From assembly GCF_052425735.1 (NCBI RefSeq), contig NC_135769.1:31000001-31064000 (forward strand): a stretch of 64,000 nt of DNA. Direction: 5' to 3'. Numbering within the stretch: position 1 is the first letter of the stretch; each line of letters opens with the position of its first letter. Below are positions 25,012 to 37,935 of the stretch, piece by piece. This DNA is from Oculina patagonica. Lineage: Eukaryota. The notes under the pieces were generated by a model. The model saw only the letters and a list, made by a program, of their open reading frames with translations. It ran no database searches and was not told where the DNA came from. A program made the translations under genes and the position numbers.

Positions 25012-25287
25012 AGCGTTCGAGCCTAGTGGCCCATCAGGCCGGAGCTTATCCCGGTTTCAGTAGCATTTAGCGACTAGGAGTATTGCTACTCCCCCCTGCA
25101 TGGATGGGATGCCAGTCCATCGCAAGGTTACCCAACAGCATTAATTTCGCCGGTACCCATTTAAACACCTGGGTGGAGAGAGACACTATGAGAGTTAAGT
25201 GTCTTGCCCAAGAACACAACATAGTGCCCCGGACAGGGCTCGAACCCTTCGATCCGGAGTCCTGCGCGCTAACCATTAGGCGACCGC
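25012..25287 (-). mobile_element. tRNA-derived SINE with CORE-like central domain
   Basis: Minus strand: tRNA head GCGGTCGCCTAATGGTTAG...GGTTCGAGCC, then TTGGGCAAGACACTTAACTCTC...AAATGGGTACCGGC and CCTTGCGATGGACTGGCATCCCATCC. Confidence 0.8.
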
Positions 25288-25871
25288 AGAGAAAGCGTTG
25301 TACGAAAATACGCACGCCATTCAAGCACGCAATCCGGATTAAAATATGTTGAATCGTCGAGGACATTTTTTAGCTGATGTCATTTTTTCTGCTGTTCAAA
25401 AGTACTCTTAAAAAAACCTCACTATAAAAATTGTTTATGATAGATAAACACAAAAGAAGAAATAATACAAAAAATAGCAACGATTGTAAAAACTGCAAAC
25501 TTGCAAAATGTGACCAGTTTTTTTCAAGATGCTATGCCTTTGACGTAGTCCCATTGTGTTATTAAACCCAAAAACTTTTAAACTAAAATAACGTTTGTTG
25601 TGACCTTCTTGGTGTGATTTTCAAGCAGTTTAGCGATATCACTATCATTTTTCGTATTGAATGTAACAAGCCGTGTAGCGAGAGGAATTTCGACAATTCG
25701 GACTGAATCGCCTCCTTTCGATAACGGTTACGGATTTTCGGGAAAAAATAATATCTCGCAAGATAAAATCCAGAAAAGTTTGCGAAAATTTTGTCACCGA
25801 AAGTTTAAGATCTATTTTCTCTCCCTCTGTTTTCGTAAACCGTAGATGAAATAAACCCTTTTCTATTGCAG

Positions 25872-26892
25872 TTTAGTAGAAACTCAGCTGTATTCTATTG
25901 GAAATCCGCGAATCTGATTGGTTCTCCCACTGTTTTCTATTTTAACAATAGAGTGTTTCTGTCGAGGAACTATCGGCTGATAGTTGCCCCGCGGAAATTT
26001 GATGTTCTTAAAACAAATATTAGCCCGAGAAGCGAAGCTTCGAGGGCTAATATGCTAGTTTTAAGAAGATCAAATTTCCAAGAGGAAAACTATTAGACCG
26101 ATAGTTCCGAGACTGAAACACTCTATTGTCTTTATTGTTCACCACTAAATTTTCTTCCGCGCGCACATACAAAAACAAGCATCGTGGATTATTTTTACTT
26201 TTGAGGATAAAAAACTCAATTGAAAGCCGAATTTTAACAAACGAAACAAAACCAGACGAGAAACCCACTAAATGCCGTGAATTTGGTTGGATTTTTTTGT
26301 CTGCAGGCAGTTTGTTTACAAAAAACAGTCACGGGCGGGCACTATCGATCCGGGCATTTTTCACGGGAGGGCACTATGGGCTGATAGTGCCCTCCGGCGG
26401 ACGGGCACTACCGCGTCACGTGTTCAATTTAAACCAATCAGAATCGGAGAAAATTTAGTGGCGAACTATAATTAACAATTAGACGGCAAGCTCGAGGTTT
26501 CTACCGGCTGATAGTTGGCGAGGGGCGAAGCCCCGAGCCAACTATCAAAAACCGGTAGAAACCGAGAGCGAGCCGTCTAATTGTGTTAGCATAACCCACT
26601 GACCGATCTATTAACCTCAGAATATCGCTAGAATTGATTTATTGAAGGTTTTGATTGATAAAATTCAGCGAAAACTACGCGCGCGCTCCGAGAGCTTTCT
26701 ACGGATCGATAGTAGGCACCTGGGTAGCCAATCAGATTGCGCGATTACCAATAGTAGGTCAGTGTGATTATGCTAATCGCCGATAGAAAACAGTCGCGCG
26801 CGCGAGTAGCTTTTTAAGTTGTAAATTTTCTTGATTTTTGTCTTCAAAGTGCACAATATTGTAGGTTTTGGACTACAATCCTTTAGAGTTTC

Positions 26893-26928
<36 letters not shown>

Positions 26929-26932
26929 TGAA

Positions 26933-26965
<33 letters not shown>

Positions 26966-26972
26966 TTGCTCA

Positions 26973-27002
<30 letters not shown>
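25872..27002. mobile_element. Three hairpin + second-IR (Crypton-like) elements: two in tandem (25945-26471, 26472-26776) inside a third in reverse orientation
   Basis: Hairpins centred on GCGAAGC (26032-38, 26525-31) and GCTGCGC (26947-53, GCGCAGC on -). Each element has a second IR and a CCAATCAG. Confidence 0.8.
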
Positions 27003-27004
<2 letters not shown>

Positions 27005-27013
27005 ATATAATTA

Positions 27014-27422
27014 CCGTATTTATTCGATTAAGCGCCCAACCTCGAATAAGCGCCCACCTCGAATAAGCGCCCACCCTATAGGTAGGAAAAGTTAATAAGC
27101 GCCCACCCCGCCCCACTCCTCCAAACAATCTGAAGTGTACAAGAAGAGTATTGACCTTAGTGACAATTGGGTTGAATGTTGTTGACTAAGTACTTCTAAA
27201 AGACTTTTTCGAAGACCGAGTTTTCTTAGTATTTTACAGAAACATGCAATGAACAGTTAAAATTCTGCTTTAGTACATCTTCAAAATAAACTTACTACTT
27301 GCTAAAATGGTGAAAATTTAATAAGCGCCCAGCCTCGAATAAGCGCCCACCTCGAATAAGCGCCCACTCTCAAGGTCCAAAAATTTAATAAGCGCCCAGG
27401 GCGCTTAATCGAATAAATACGG
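27014..27422. mobile_element. Tc1/mariner (pogo/Tc2-like) MITE
   Basis: TA|CCGTATTTATTCGATTAAGCGCC...GGCGCTTAATCGAATAAATACGG|TA with internal CCTCGAATAAGCGCCCA repeats. Confidence 0.85.
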
Positions 27423-27699
27423 TATTGAGAAACAAAACGCTCGCTCTTCTTGGTTGTAGTGAATTTTTTGTTCAATACGGTAATTGAGAACGCGACGATT
27501 TGATACAAAATGATTTTTTCAGTAAAGGAAAAACCATTAAATAAATTAAAACAATTTGGGACTCTTTAATGAAACGAAGTTGATAAAAAATGATGCGCAT
27601 GAGCAAGCTATTATTTGTATGTACTTCTTTTCAGATCACAGTTCGCGGTGGGGCTCTCAGGTAGTGAAAAGGACGAAAAAAAAGGAACGAATGATAATA

Positions 27700-28281
27700 C
27701 AGTCAACTCTCTCTTAACGGACACCTCTATAAGACGAACACCTCCATAAGACGGACACCTGGTGATGGTCCCTGCCGTTTTTCAGTCATTTTACTGTAAC
27801 CAAACTCCCTATAAGACGGACACTCTCTACGACGGACAATGGACACTTTGAAATCATTCACGGACACTTGAGAAGTGTTTTTATCATTTTTTTAAGTGAA
27901 AATACTTCCAAACCTCGTATCGATCTAAAGCAAAGTTAGTCAGCTCCCTAAGGATACGTGTATACCAAGCTTACTAACCAAGATCAATGACGCTTTAACG
28001 GATTACTCTTCTGCTTACGTGTATGGACACTAAAGAGGCCTTTTTCTACTTAAAGTATTACAGTTTTTAGACGCTCTCAATTTTTGCTTTTACAAGCAAA
28101 TACGGTCCTTTTATTATTTTGTTGCAGTAAGCAAAGGTTTGTTATATTGTGCAAAGGTTTAGCTTTATTATCTCAGAATTACTGGTGTCATGTTACCTCC
28201 GCTCTTTACAAGGCGGACACCTCTCTAAGACGGACAGCTGCGGCTAGTCCCGAAGGTGTCCATCTTAGAGAGAGTTCACTG
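27700..28281. mobile_element. Tc1/mariner (pogo/Tigger-like) MITE, inverted relative to 16360-16914
   Basis: TA|CAGTCAACTCTCTC...GAGAGAGTTCACTG|TA with AAGACGGACACC repeats. Confidence 0.8.
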
Positions 28282-28741
28282 TATACTTTTTTCATTATTT
28301 AATAATGAAGGAACAAAGATGCATCAATATTTTTTTCATTATGATCGATCAATTCAGCAGTATTTCAAATGTAATATCCATTGGACGTTTAACTGATTCA
28401 TTCGATTAAAAACCAAGTTATATATTTACTGAAGAATCTCGTGATAATCAAAATTCATTCAGTTATATAGAGCAATACTTTATAGCTGAATACAGTCAAC
28501 AGGTAGAAACTTGAAAATTCGTGTTGCGGTTCGCGTTCTTCATAAAACGCACCCGCAGAACTGGGTCATTTCAAGGCGCTGTTTTGTAGAGGGCGACTGC
28601 AAAATGAAGCAACATTTAAAATGCACGTGCAGCGCTATTAAATCTTCTGTTCCCCGATGTTCCGTGTATCGTTGCCGTTGCCGATGTGGTTTCCTTAAAA
28701 TTCTTTTCTAATGCACACAGCTAGCTGTCTACGCTGAACAG

Positions 28742-29719
28742 TCAAACAGTTGTAATTTTAGTTTCAGGATTTCCCCGACAAATTTGTGAACTTGAAGATT
28801 GCAAACTCTTCGAGGAAACCTCTCGTCTCATCAATGATGTTTGGTTCTCTGCCGCGTTTCGTCGGGCGCTGCAAAATATGCTCTTGGCGGCTTTTCTAAA
28901 CTTGGGCATTTTTAAAGCAAATAAGAAAGGGTTGACCAATGAATTACCGTAGTGTAAAACTTTAGTAGCATACACAGCTGTAATACTAACTGGCTGAAAC
29001 ATGCTTACTGTGTTCAAGATTATAAACGGCAGCCATGTTGATAGAGACGCCAGGGTTAAAATTGACACGATTACATTCAAACGCCTTTCACGGCTTTGAT
29101 TCAAGCGCTTTGAGCTGAAAAAAAGGACTTTAGCCCAGATAACAATGTAAGCCAAGCTAATGACCAACAACTGAAGGCAAACTACAGGCATCCAAGCGTA
29201 CAACGAGATATAATCGTTTCCTAAATAGATTCTTATACTTGGAATGATGGCGGAGACGACCCACAGTAAAAACGCTACCACAGCGTAGCTCGCGTCTTTC
29301 GTTGCTCTGTATTTGGCTGGATAGAGCGTGGCGTAAAGTCTTTCAAGAGCAATTGCGGCGAGGAAAGCGATGGAAGAAATTCCTGAAAACATGTCAAGGA
29401 ATATACTGGCAGTGAAAAGAATGTTTTTGTATTTAAAAGTCCACAAGTTGTAATATCCGCCCAAGATGTAAACAAACAGCGGTTCTGCCAAGGCTCCTAC
29501 TAGAAAGTCAGCAATCGCTAAGTTCATAAGGAAGTAATGGCGATGTTGCCTTCGCATGTCACGTGTTTTGGCAAAGACGGTAACGATAAACAGGTTTCCT
29601 ATTGCCACAATTACAGCTTCGGCAGCAAATGTGGCACACCAGCTTTTGACATCAGAAGTGGCCACATGACTTTGTGTTGCCATGGCGAGAGAGGCTTGGT
29701 GCGAAGAGTTGTTTGCCAT
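28742..29719 (-). CDS. Class A orphan GPCR, single coding exon, paralogue 1b (325 aa)
   Basis: Near-identical to the 21921-22910 protein across TM2-TM7 with the same motifs. Upstream flank (to ~32550) is homologous to ~23050-24980. Confidence 0.93.
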   Translation of the reverse strand: MANNSSHQASLAMATQSHVATSDVKSWCATFAAEAVIVAIGNLFIVTVFAKTRDMRRQHRHYFLMNLAIADFLVGALAEPLFVYILGGYYNLWTFKYKNILFTASIFLDMFSGISSIAFLAAIALERLYATLYPAKYRATKDASYAVVAFLLWVVSAIIPSIRIYLGNDYISLYAWMPVVCLQLLVISLAYIVIWAKVLFFSSKRLNQSRERRLNVIVSILTLASLSTWLPFIILNTVSMFQPVSITAVYATKVLHYGNSLVNPFLFALKMPKFRKAAKSIFCSARRNAAENQTSLMRREVSSKSLQSSSSQICRGNPETKITTV

Positions 29720-30376
29720 GGTCGATTTCTAGATTACAAAGAAAATAAAAGAGTAGACATAAACATGATGTTTTGATTTAACAAGTGGTTGAACAGTAAC
29801 CGGGTTTTAAAGATGTTCTTTCTTCCCTTTTCATCTCAATGGATAGAGGAAAGAAAATACAGAGTCGTAACAAAGTAGTCATTTCTTCAATGTTTTTCAC
29901 TGATTTTTTTATCTCTGATCCCATAATATCGGTAGCTCTGTATTTCGGTTGCAGGTCGGGGATCCCATCTGTGCTCCCTGAACCCACATGCCTCGTTATG
30001 ACCCCGAGAACAGGTAAGGTCGGACCTAGATAACATGTCCCTGCAATAACCTAGCATAATGTATCTAGCAAAGCCGATAGAAACCGAAATCGAATGTTCT
30101 CTAGCTTTTTTAACATACCGTAAAATTCCAGTTGTAAGCCCTGGGCTTATACAACTTCGTAAGGGGTTTTGGGTGGGCTTATAAGCGGAGGGGCCTATAT
30201 CCGGGAGGGCTTGTAAGTGGGATTAAAAAAAAAAACGTTTCAAAACGAGCCACGGGAGTCGTGATCGAAATACGTTTTTAAGGTAAAAGCGTATAAAAAA
30301 GCAACATTTAGCCCTGGTCAGCACTGTCATCCGGAAGAGGGCGGCTTATATCCGGGGGGGGGGGGGGGGGGGTAGT

Positions 30377-30407
<31 letters not shown>

Positions 30408-30874
30408 GGGGGGTAAGGGGGGGGGTAAATGAGGTATCTCTAGGCCATCTCTAATAATACTACTCGCCTAGTACGTTTTAAGCTCCAAGGGAAACTGGGC
30501 CCAAATAATAAATAATTTATGGCTTTAATAGAAGTTGAACAAAATTGTTTATTTTTTGAAAATAACTACTTTCTCGTAAAAGTTATTGTATGGCTCAGGC
30601 TTTTTGCATAAATCTGACATTTGAAGTTGGAAATGTAAACATTAAAAACAATTCATTACTGCAAACCAATTACGTTATAGACATTATCTCGAAAAGGTTA
30701 ATGAAGGTTTTTTTTTACTGCATTTCAACTTTATATTTTAACGTTTTATGATTATAGTTTATGAATAAGATAACCGAAATACGTTTTTAATATTGACCAG
30801 AAGCTCATAAAATCTTGCCTTGAGCGAATGCTTGTAGAATCATAACTAAATGTTACTGATGAGTAAGGCTCTGT

Positions 30875-31036
30875 GTTTTTTGTAAATACTCGTTACACCT
30901 AAGTAGCATTTGACAAACAGATGGATTTTTTTCAATTTAAATGATATAAGTTTGGCAAACTTATATCATTTAAATTGAAAAAAATCCATCTGTTTGTCAA
31001 ATGCTACTTAGGTGTAGCGAGTATTTACAAAAAAAC
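30875..31036. repeat. Near-perfect 160-bp palindrome with 1-nt spacer
   Basis: Arms of ~80 bp centred on 30955 (AAGTTTG-G-CAAACTT), differing by one substitution and one homopolymer length. Confidence 0.9.
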
Positions 31037-32813
31037 GCATCTCCAGTGAAATCGTATTATAATTTTCTCAAAGCTCTTTAATACGTGTTCTTCAACCAAT
31101 GCTTAAAGCTATAAGAGAATCTTGAGTGCAGAAAATTGGTCAGCAATCTTGCTAAGGGAATCATCCGTAATGACAAAGAATGTACAATGTATTTTATGCA
31201 CTTAAAAGGGAACATTACATGCAGTTTAAAATGAGGGCAAAATTTAATGGAAGAAAACAAACGAAAATTAAAATGATGTTAGTAGCGTATTGCAAAGTAC
31301 AAATTTCCGACAAAAAGAAGGAAGAATTAAAATCGCATGACTGTGTTTACCTTCTTATGCGGCAATCACAATGCTCCTACAGGTAAACCAAATCTTGTAC
31401 CCTTGCACTGACTCTATCTTTCACAGTTTACAGTACTTAACCTGCAAAAAAAGAAAATAAATAGAAGAAGTGGTTTGTTCATCATTTTTAGTCACCGATG
31501 CCGTCTTTCAGTGCATTTTACGCGCAGAAGAATTGCACTGCAGGGCTTTTTAATTTACATGGAGAAAATGGTTTTACTATATCCGCATCTGTTTTTCAGG
31601 TCTTATTTTAAACGATTTGAGAGCATAAAGAAAACTGCATATAATAAAACTGATGTGCATTCTGATTGTACTTAATTGAAAACAAAAAATTGATTTATCT
31701 TTTCGCCAAAAAATAACAAAAATATATCGAAAAATATCAGGTTTTACCTACCCGCTCTGTATACCTTGGTATTTTCTTTGATATTCAGCTAGTTATATCA
31801 ATATTTTCCTTTAGGGAAGAGACGCAAGGATGGCAGTGTGCGAACTCGCTTTTATCTCTAATATACACAGCTGTATGCCTTTTGGGTATAGTGCGCTTTT
31901 CACTTAAATTAAAAGTATAATGTATGGGATTATGTTTAATTGAAAGCTGCCTTCGGAAATCACGCCAAAGCCTTTGACAGATATACAAATGGCATTTAAA
32001 AAAGCCAGCTGCTTGCCAAATCGGTAACATACACTGTAGATAAAATGAGTGGCAGTATTCCCACACAATGCACAGAAAAGTCCAGAATTTGAAAGTTCGA
32101 AAACAACAGTGGTATACGCCTAGAGGTTTGGGCGATAATTTTCATGAAAATGCAGTGGCGTAGAATTTCCGTTCTTCTACCTTATTGTTACTTATTTTTG
32201 CGGGAACTTAATTTCGCGAAAAATCGAAGAGGCTAAATCGCGAAAATTAAGTCCCGCGAAAATAGGTAACAATAAGGTAGTCAACGTGTGAGGGAAAAGG
32301 AAATTCATTTGCCATTTTTTCAACTCAGTGTTTTTGTTTTGGCTACAAAGAGACAGTCCTACGGAAAAGGATGGAGGAAAACTGCTTGACGTCCCGACAA
32401 AATCTGTAAACTTTGCCATACGTTTTTATCTGTTTTGAATAGTTGCTAAATACATTTCAGGTGCTTATAGCTTTCAGAACATTTGTACGTGATTTATAAC
32501 ATGTTTAATACTCGAGAATCCGCCTCTTTTGTGATATTTTTTACCTGGTGATGGTGTTAAAAGATAAAGGCTACCTTCAGGTCAAGGTACGGGATGCTTT
32601 CGATTCGACTGATAAATCCCGGCTTGTTATTGGGAATTAATAAATTTCAAATGCTGACTTGTTTCTTACATTATTTGGAGGAACGCGTCGACCGAAAATC
32701 AAGAATTCCATTTGTGCAAGCAAACTAGAATAAAATTCGTTGGAACATTTGGAGAGATGTTTAACTAAGTCTGAGCTCAAGGTATAACATAAAAGAAAGA
32801 TAAAACATTCAAA

Positions 32814-33237
32814 GGGCCTCTTCATATGAGCCCGGTAAACGGGCTGTCTCGTTTGCCAGAACGAATTTTGTCGCCTGTTCATACGGGAAATTTGACCGGG
32901 ATGAACTGAATTCATGAGACAAAATAAAAATAGCAAATATAGCTGCATCGTTCGCGACTATCGTAGCTTTGTCGCCATCGCAACTTTATTAATAGAGCAA
33001 ATTCGCATACTTCTAAAGTGAAAATACATACAAGGTAAAGTTATGCCTTTTTGACCGCCCAGTTGCAAAAGCGAAGCTTTTTCTCAAAAACAAAAGGTTC
33101 ATCGCGGTAACCGGACTGAAGTGTTGCCGAGATCTTGGTTTTTACAACCGGGATCTCGGTAGCCGAGCTGATTCGCTTTCTCATACGAATCAAAGGAAAT
33201 AGGAGTGAGCCGGCCGGCTCATCATATGAAGAGGCCC
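32814..33237. mobile_element. PIF/Harbinger-like MITE
   Basis: TIR GGGCCTCTTCATATGA / TCATATGAAGAGGCCC flanked by AAA/TAA. Confidence 0.72.
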
Positions 33238-34169
33238 TAACTCAAATATCGTCTATATGGTGATTCTATATATGGTAAACTGAGCTCTCACTGCTCGTAG
33301 AAACTCAAACTGATTTTTCTTATTACGGTAATGGATTTGATACAATGTTCTTTTTTTCAAATATTGTTTTCAGGTTCAACAAAAACGTAAAATGAGTTCA
33401 AATATAATAGATACAATATGATCAGTAAATCCAACTATTTACCATATTTTCGAAAGTTCAACTAAACCATTTATCTACTGCCTCCGCTGCAGTTTTTACA
33501 ACAAATACCGAAAAAAGCACAGTGAAAAATATCTTACTAGCTTCATCAGGCTCCATCTGGTGATGTACGTTAACAACTTCACTGTCAAATCGTACAGAAT
33601 AGTTTACCATAACAGTTCTACAGAGGTGTCAAAATATTCGCAAGGAGCGCTAGCTTGGTGTGTTATAGAAGACAAAACCAATACCCAGTACAAACAACAT
33701 TCGGCCGGAGGGGGTAGCCCTAGTAACCAATCGACTTTGGGGAATTACAGGTTATCGACAAAGGCAAACTGCGTCGGTCAGACGCCGAAATCTTGGTATA
33801 CCGCAACTACAGTTTAAGGCCTTTGCAAAAACAATATTTCATTCGGTTATTTTTTTTTAAAAAAAATCAACACTATCTTTTTCTCTCTTTGTCGTTGTTT
33901 TCGAATGTGTTTTTCAGTGTTGTTTCTAACCATCAATCTTCAAAGCTGCTGACTTGTGGCCGTTAGCTTGATTTTTTGCAAAACAATTTTAACCAGAGAC
34001 CTTTTAGAAAATTTATCGGAAATATGCTTCCCCTTGGTTTCTCTTCGCGTATGTCTGTAAAATGCTCATAGAGAATTAAAAGGGCTCGGCCATTAGAGGT
34101 ATCATTTCTAGAAAGGATTTTTTTTTATAATGCGTATTTTGCTTGTAGTTTATAGCAAATTTGCACCTC

Positions 34170-34305
34170 ATCACGAGTCTCTCGTAGCTCAGTTCTATAG
34201 AGCGCCCAACCGGTATCTGGGAGGCCATGGGTTCGATTTCCGTCGGGGACTCAGATTTTTTCTTCAGATTTTTTCGTGTTATTGTTGAACAATTCATCTT
34301 CAACA
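34170..34305 (+). mobile_element. Fragment of the tRNA-derived repeat seen at 23266-23778
   Basis: CACGAGTCTCTCGTAGCTCAGTT...GGTTCGATTTCCGTCGGGGACTCAGA is nearly identical to 23644-23727. Confidence 0.75.
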
Positions 34306-37230
34306 TTTGCAGTGTTGATAATTATAATCAAATATTGCGAAACAACGACCAAAATAATTTTAGCTTTATCGCTATGTATACTACAAAAGACTCGAGCATG
34401 TTTCTCTTCCCAAATGATACATATAACTACGAAATATACGCTACAGTTAGTATTGTCTGTCGACTGTTAAATGAATGACACTTTACTCACCGTTAAAATT
34501 TGCTTAAGGCAATCAGAACAGATATTCATGAAAGTTGATTGTATAGAACGATTTCGCTACAGCGTGTGCGACATGCAGGCTTAGCGAGTCATCTGGTTAC
34601 GGGTACCTGGCTTGCGGGCTTGAAATCTCTAAAAATATTGACCAGCTGTTATAAACAAACATACTGCCTATGTTAAAACTTGATATTAGATTTATATATA
34701 TATTTCTGGATTGATCAAAACCAGGTCAAAGAAAAGTGACTCAATTCTTTTTGCCCACATACGTTAATGTGTAACTGTGTGTTTGATTTAAAATCAATTT
34801 TGTGCATCCGAGAAAAATATGACTTAACATCATGTTAAGCATTGGTAAAGCGTTCCTGACATTAGTGCCGAGTTTTCATTGCACTATGTTATTCACTTGT
34901 TTCTATTTGAAGAGGTCAGGAGCAGACGACCAGAGAGAGACGTCTGAAATTCAGGCTAGTTATAAGATAGTTTTCGTTTTCGCAACTCGCAACTCTCATA
35001 TTAGATAATCTCTAAAAAAGCGTTTATAGAGATTTGCGCTTAAAACAGTGAAAATTTCGTTAACCTGTTTTTGATAAATCCAGACATATATACTGACTCG
35101 AAAATACCGTTGCCAGCGTTTTTTTTAAGAAATACATTGAGTCTGGAGAGTGTAAGAGACAGTGCACAGCGGGCGAGGTTTGTTGAAAATACGTAAATCT
35201 GATTGGTTCGCCCATTGTTTTTTTTTTTCGCTGAAAGAACAAGATCACGCCAGCGTTGCTCTCTTAAAATAGATTTTTTTTTTAATTAATAGTTATTCAC
35301 TAAAAAATGCATAAAACTGCAACTCATTGACTATTCGCTGGTAAAAAATTCTGGCTCGAGGTCTAATTGTTAAAAATAGAAAACTTGAGTTAAATAGATT
35401 TAAACGACTGTCTTAGCTTTCGATAGATTTGAATTCCGTCAAGAACCAAAATTTAAATCGGATTCAATTATCGCGGTCACATCTGGTGTATTGAAGCTAA
35501 ATTTTGCTAAAAGTAGCATTCAAAGTGAAAGATAATATAGCATGCGATTTTAAATATACAGACAGGTGATTGTTTGAACGAAGACTACCGGTACAGACAG
35601 TCAGCTGTCATCGTGCTTAGCTTTGTTTTCATCTAGTATTATGCATGGTTTAACATAAGACGCACAAAGCACATCAGCGAAAATTAATCCATTATTCGCC
35701 CTCACAAATACTTTAAACGGATAGAGCGGGATATATCACTTGAAATGTAAATGGGATAGAATAACAATTTCTGTATTTTTCTACCTTCTGCTTTTAAACT
35801 GCATGCGTGTGATATCTAAAAGCGTTTTCCACATACTGTGTAAGTACAATTGTGTGAGCTAAGATGAGCGCTCACCAAGAAACTATTCAAAATCAAATAC
35901 AATGAATTAAAACTGAGCTTTTCGGCTATTTAAATTGGGGAAGTGGTATCAGCGAACAAATAAATAATTTGAAAATTCAAAGGAAAAATAATCAAAGGGA
36001 GACGCACGCTTAGTCTTAACATTATTCAGTAAACTATTTTGAGACTGGCTTTCTTATGTCTGGTGTCTGAGTTGTGTACGAATTAAATTTCTTTATTCTT
36101 TAACATTATATATTTCAAGATATAAAATTTTCTTTTTTGCCCTGTTTACGCTTTTAATAAATTATAATTGTGTTCAATCCAGGCGGTGGTCGTTTCTGCA
36201 TGCATTGAAAACAGTCTCTATAAGTTCTTTTTTTTGATAATTACTGTTGATACTTGTCTAGGAATACTGCGAAATAAAATATATTTTAAAAATCCCTAAT
36301 GTCAGCGCTTTATCTTGAATACAGTAAAACATGCAGCTCAGTAAAGTTTGTGTGACAGAAAGGGTTACAAAAAAATACCTACAACCATTGTTTTCAATCG
36401 CGACTCCATTCTACTTCAATAGCTTAGAATTTGAAGCATTCTCTTCAGTTTAACCCCAAACCTTTTGTCTCGTTTTTGAGTCGCTGCGTGCGCGCGATGC
36501 GAAGACCGGAGCGAGCATCCCAAGGGAATGGTCGGGACGAAGCGCTGATGAGAACTGAGCTGCAGAACGGACGACGGACACGCACGAGCGCCAAAGCGAC
36601 ACGGCCCACGCAGCCTCAGTACGAATCACACGAAGGACGAAACAGGCGGCGGATCCGCGAGAGACGTGGAGACGCGAGAAGACGGCGACTCGCGACCTGC
36701 GACAGCCCGGGTGGACAGTGCCCGATGAGGCGCGGACACGGGGGGACCGCGGCGACCGAGCGGAGAGGGGGAGACGGAGAGCGGGGAGCGCGAAGCCGAG
36801 CGAGGGACGAGACGGCACGGGAGAGAGACAGGAGAGAGACGAGAGCACCCAGAGGACGCAGAGCGGACCGGGAGACCCGGAGCACGCCACGACCCCGGCG
36901 CAACGAACAAACCCAACAAAACGGCACGAAAACGCGCACGACACATGCAACGGCAAGACCATGTCACCCTTGGTGACCTATTTTTATGTCTGCAAAGCGA
37001 ATGTCAGTTTTCAAGAAGATAAAATAGTTTTTGGCCAATATCTGTGGTATGTATGGTTTTATGTTATCATTACGACACACGAAGTTGATCATTAAACTTT
37101 AAAATACTTGTAATTTCTTATCTGCGTAGAGACGGCATACAAGTCGAGTGTACCACGTCAAGAAATGACAAAACTGTTGCTGTTGTCTACTTTTAACTTT
37201 TCAGTGCGGCACTCAACTAACAAACAAAAC

Positions 37231-37935
37231 GCCAACCGAATATAATTGATCCAAATTGAAAGAATGATCTTCTTTAAAAAAGTAGACTTAGATCTTATTC
37301 TGTTCATATATTACTGCTTAAAATTAATTTAACTGTACAAAAGCTAATACGAATTGGATTAATATAAGGTTGCATTGCAAATTAAGCATATTAAAGGCAG
37401 CATTCTCAAAACAACTGGACCATGTAATCATGCACACATATTAGAAATTTCGGTGTACAGCGCCTTATATTTTCAATGTTATATTTCTTCAAGGCGAAAG
37501 AGAGCTTTCTGAGCGAAAAAAATTGACCTCTAAGAGAGAGAGAAAAAACAAAAACACTCAAAAGAAAATTCAGCATCGTAACGCCAAATCATTGATTCAA
37601 ATTGACAAAATTATTTTTTTAAAGATTGGACTTAGATCTTATTCTTTTCATATATTTTTGCTTAAAATCTTACTGCTATAGAAAAGCTAATACGAATTGG
37701 ATTAATATAAGGTTGCATTGTAAATTAAGCATATTAAATGCAGCATTCTCAAAACATCTGGACTATGTAATTTTGCACACAAATTTGAATTTTCGGTGAA
37801 CAGCGCCTTGTATTTTCAATATATTTTATATTTCACTAAGGCGAAAGCGAGTTTTCTAAGCGAAAAAAAAGACCACTAAGAAAAAATAAAATTAAAAAGA
37901 AAAAAACATTCAAAAGAAAATTCAGCATCGTTACC
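37231..37935. repeat. Diverged tandem duplication of ~350 bp
   Basis: GACTTAGATCTTATTCT, GCTAATACGAATTGGATTAATATAAGGTTGCATTG and CAAAAGAAAATTCAGCATCG each occur twice, ~350 bp apart. Confidence 0.85.

Noticed and set aside
27030-27400. CRISPR-like array of CCTCGAATAAGCGCCCA (also GAGGTGTCCGTCTTA at 16400-16900)
   Set aside because: These are subterminal repeats of TA-flanked MITEs, with no unique regular spacers and no cas genes, in a eukaryotic context.
30354-30425. Long poly-G/poly-T tract as a G-quadruplex element
   Set aside because: It truncates a Tc2-like MITE (starting 30118) at an internal G-run and looks like low-quality consensus sequence.
36431-36976. 181-aa Arg-rich CDS and overlapping ORFs
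   Set aside because: Open frames follow from the near absence of T and the high GC; non-ATG start and no domain.
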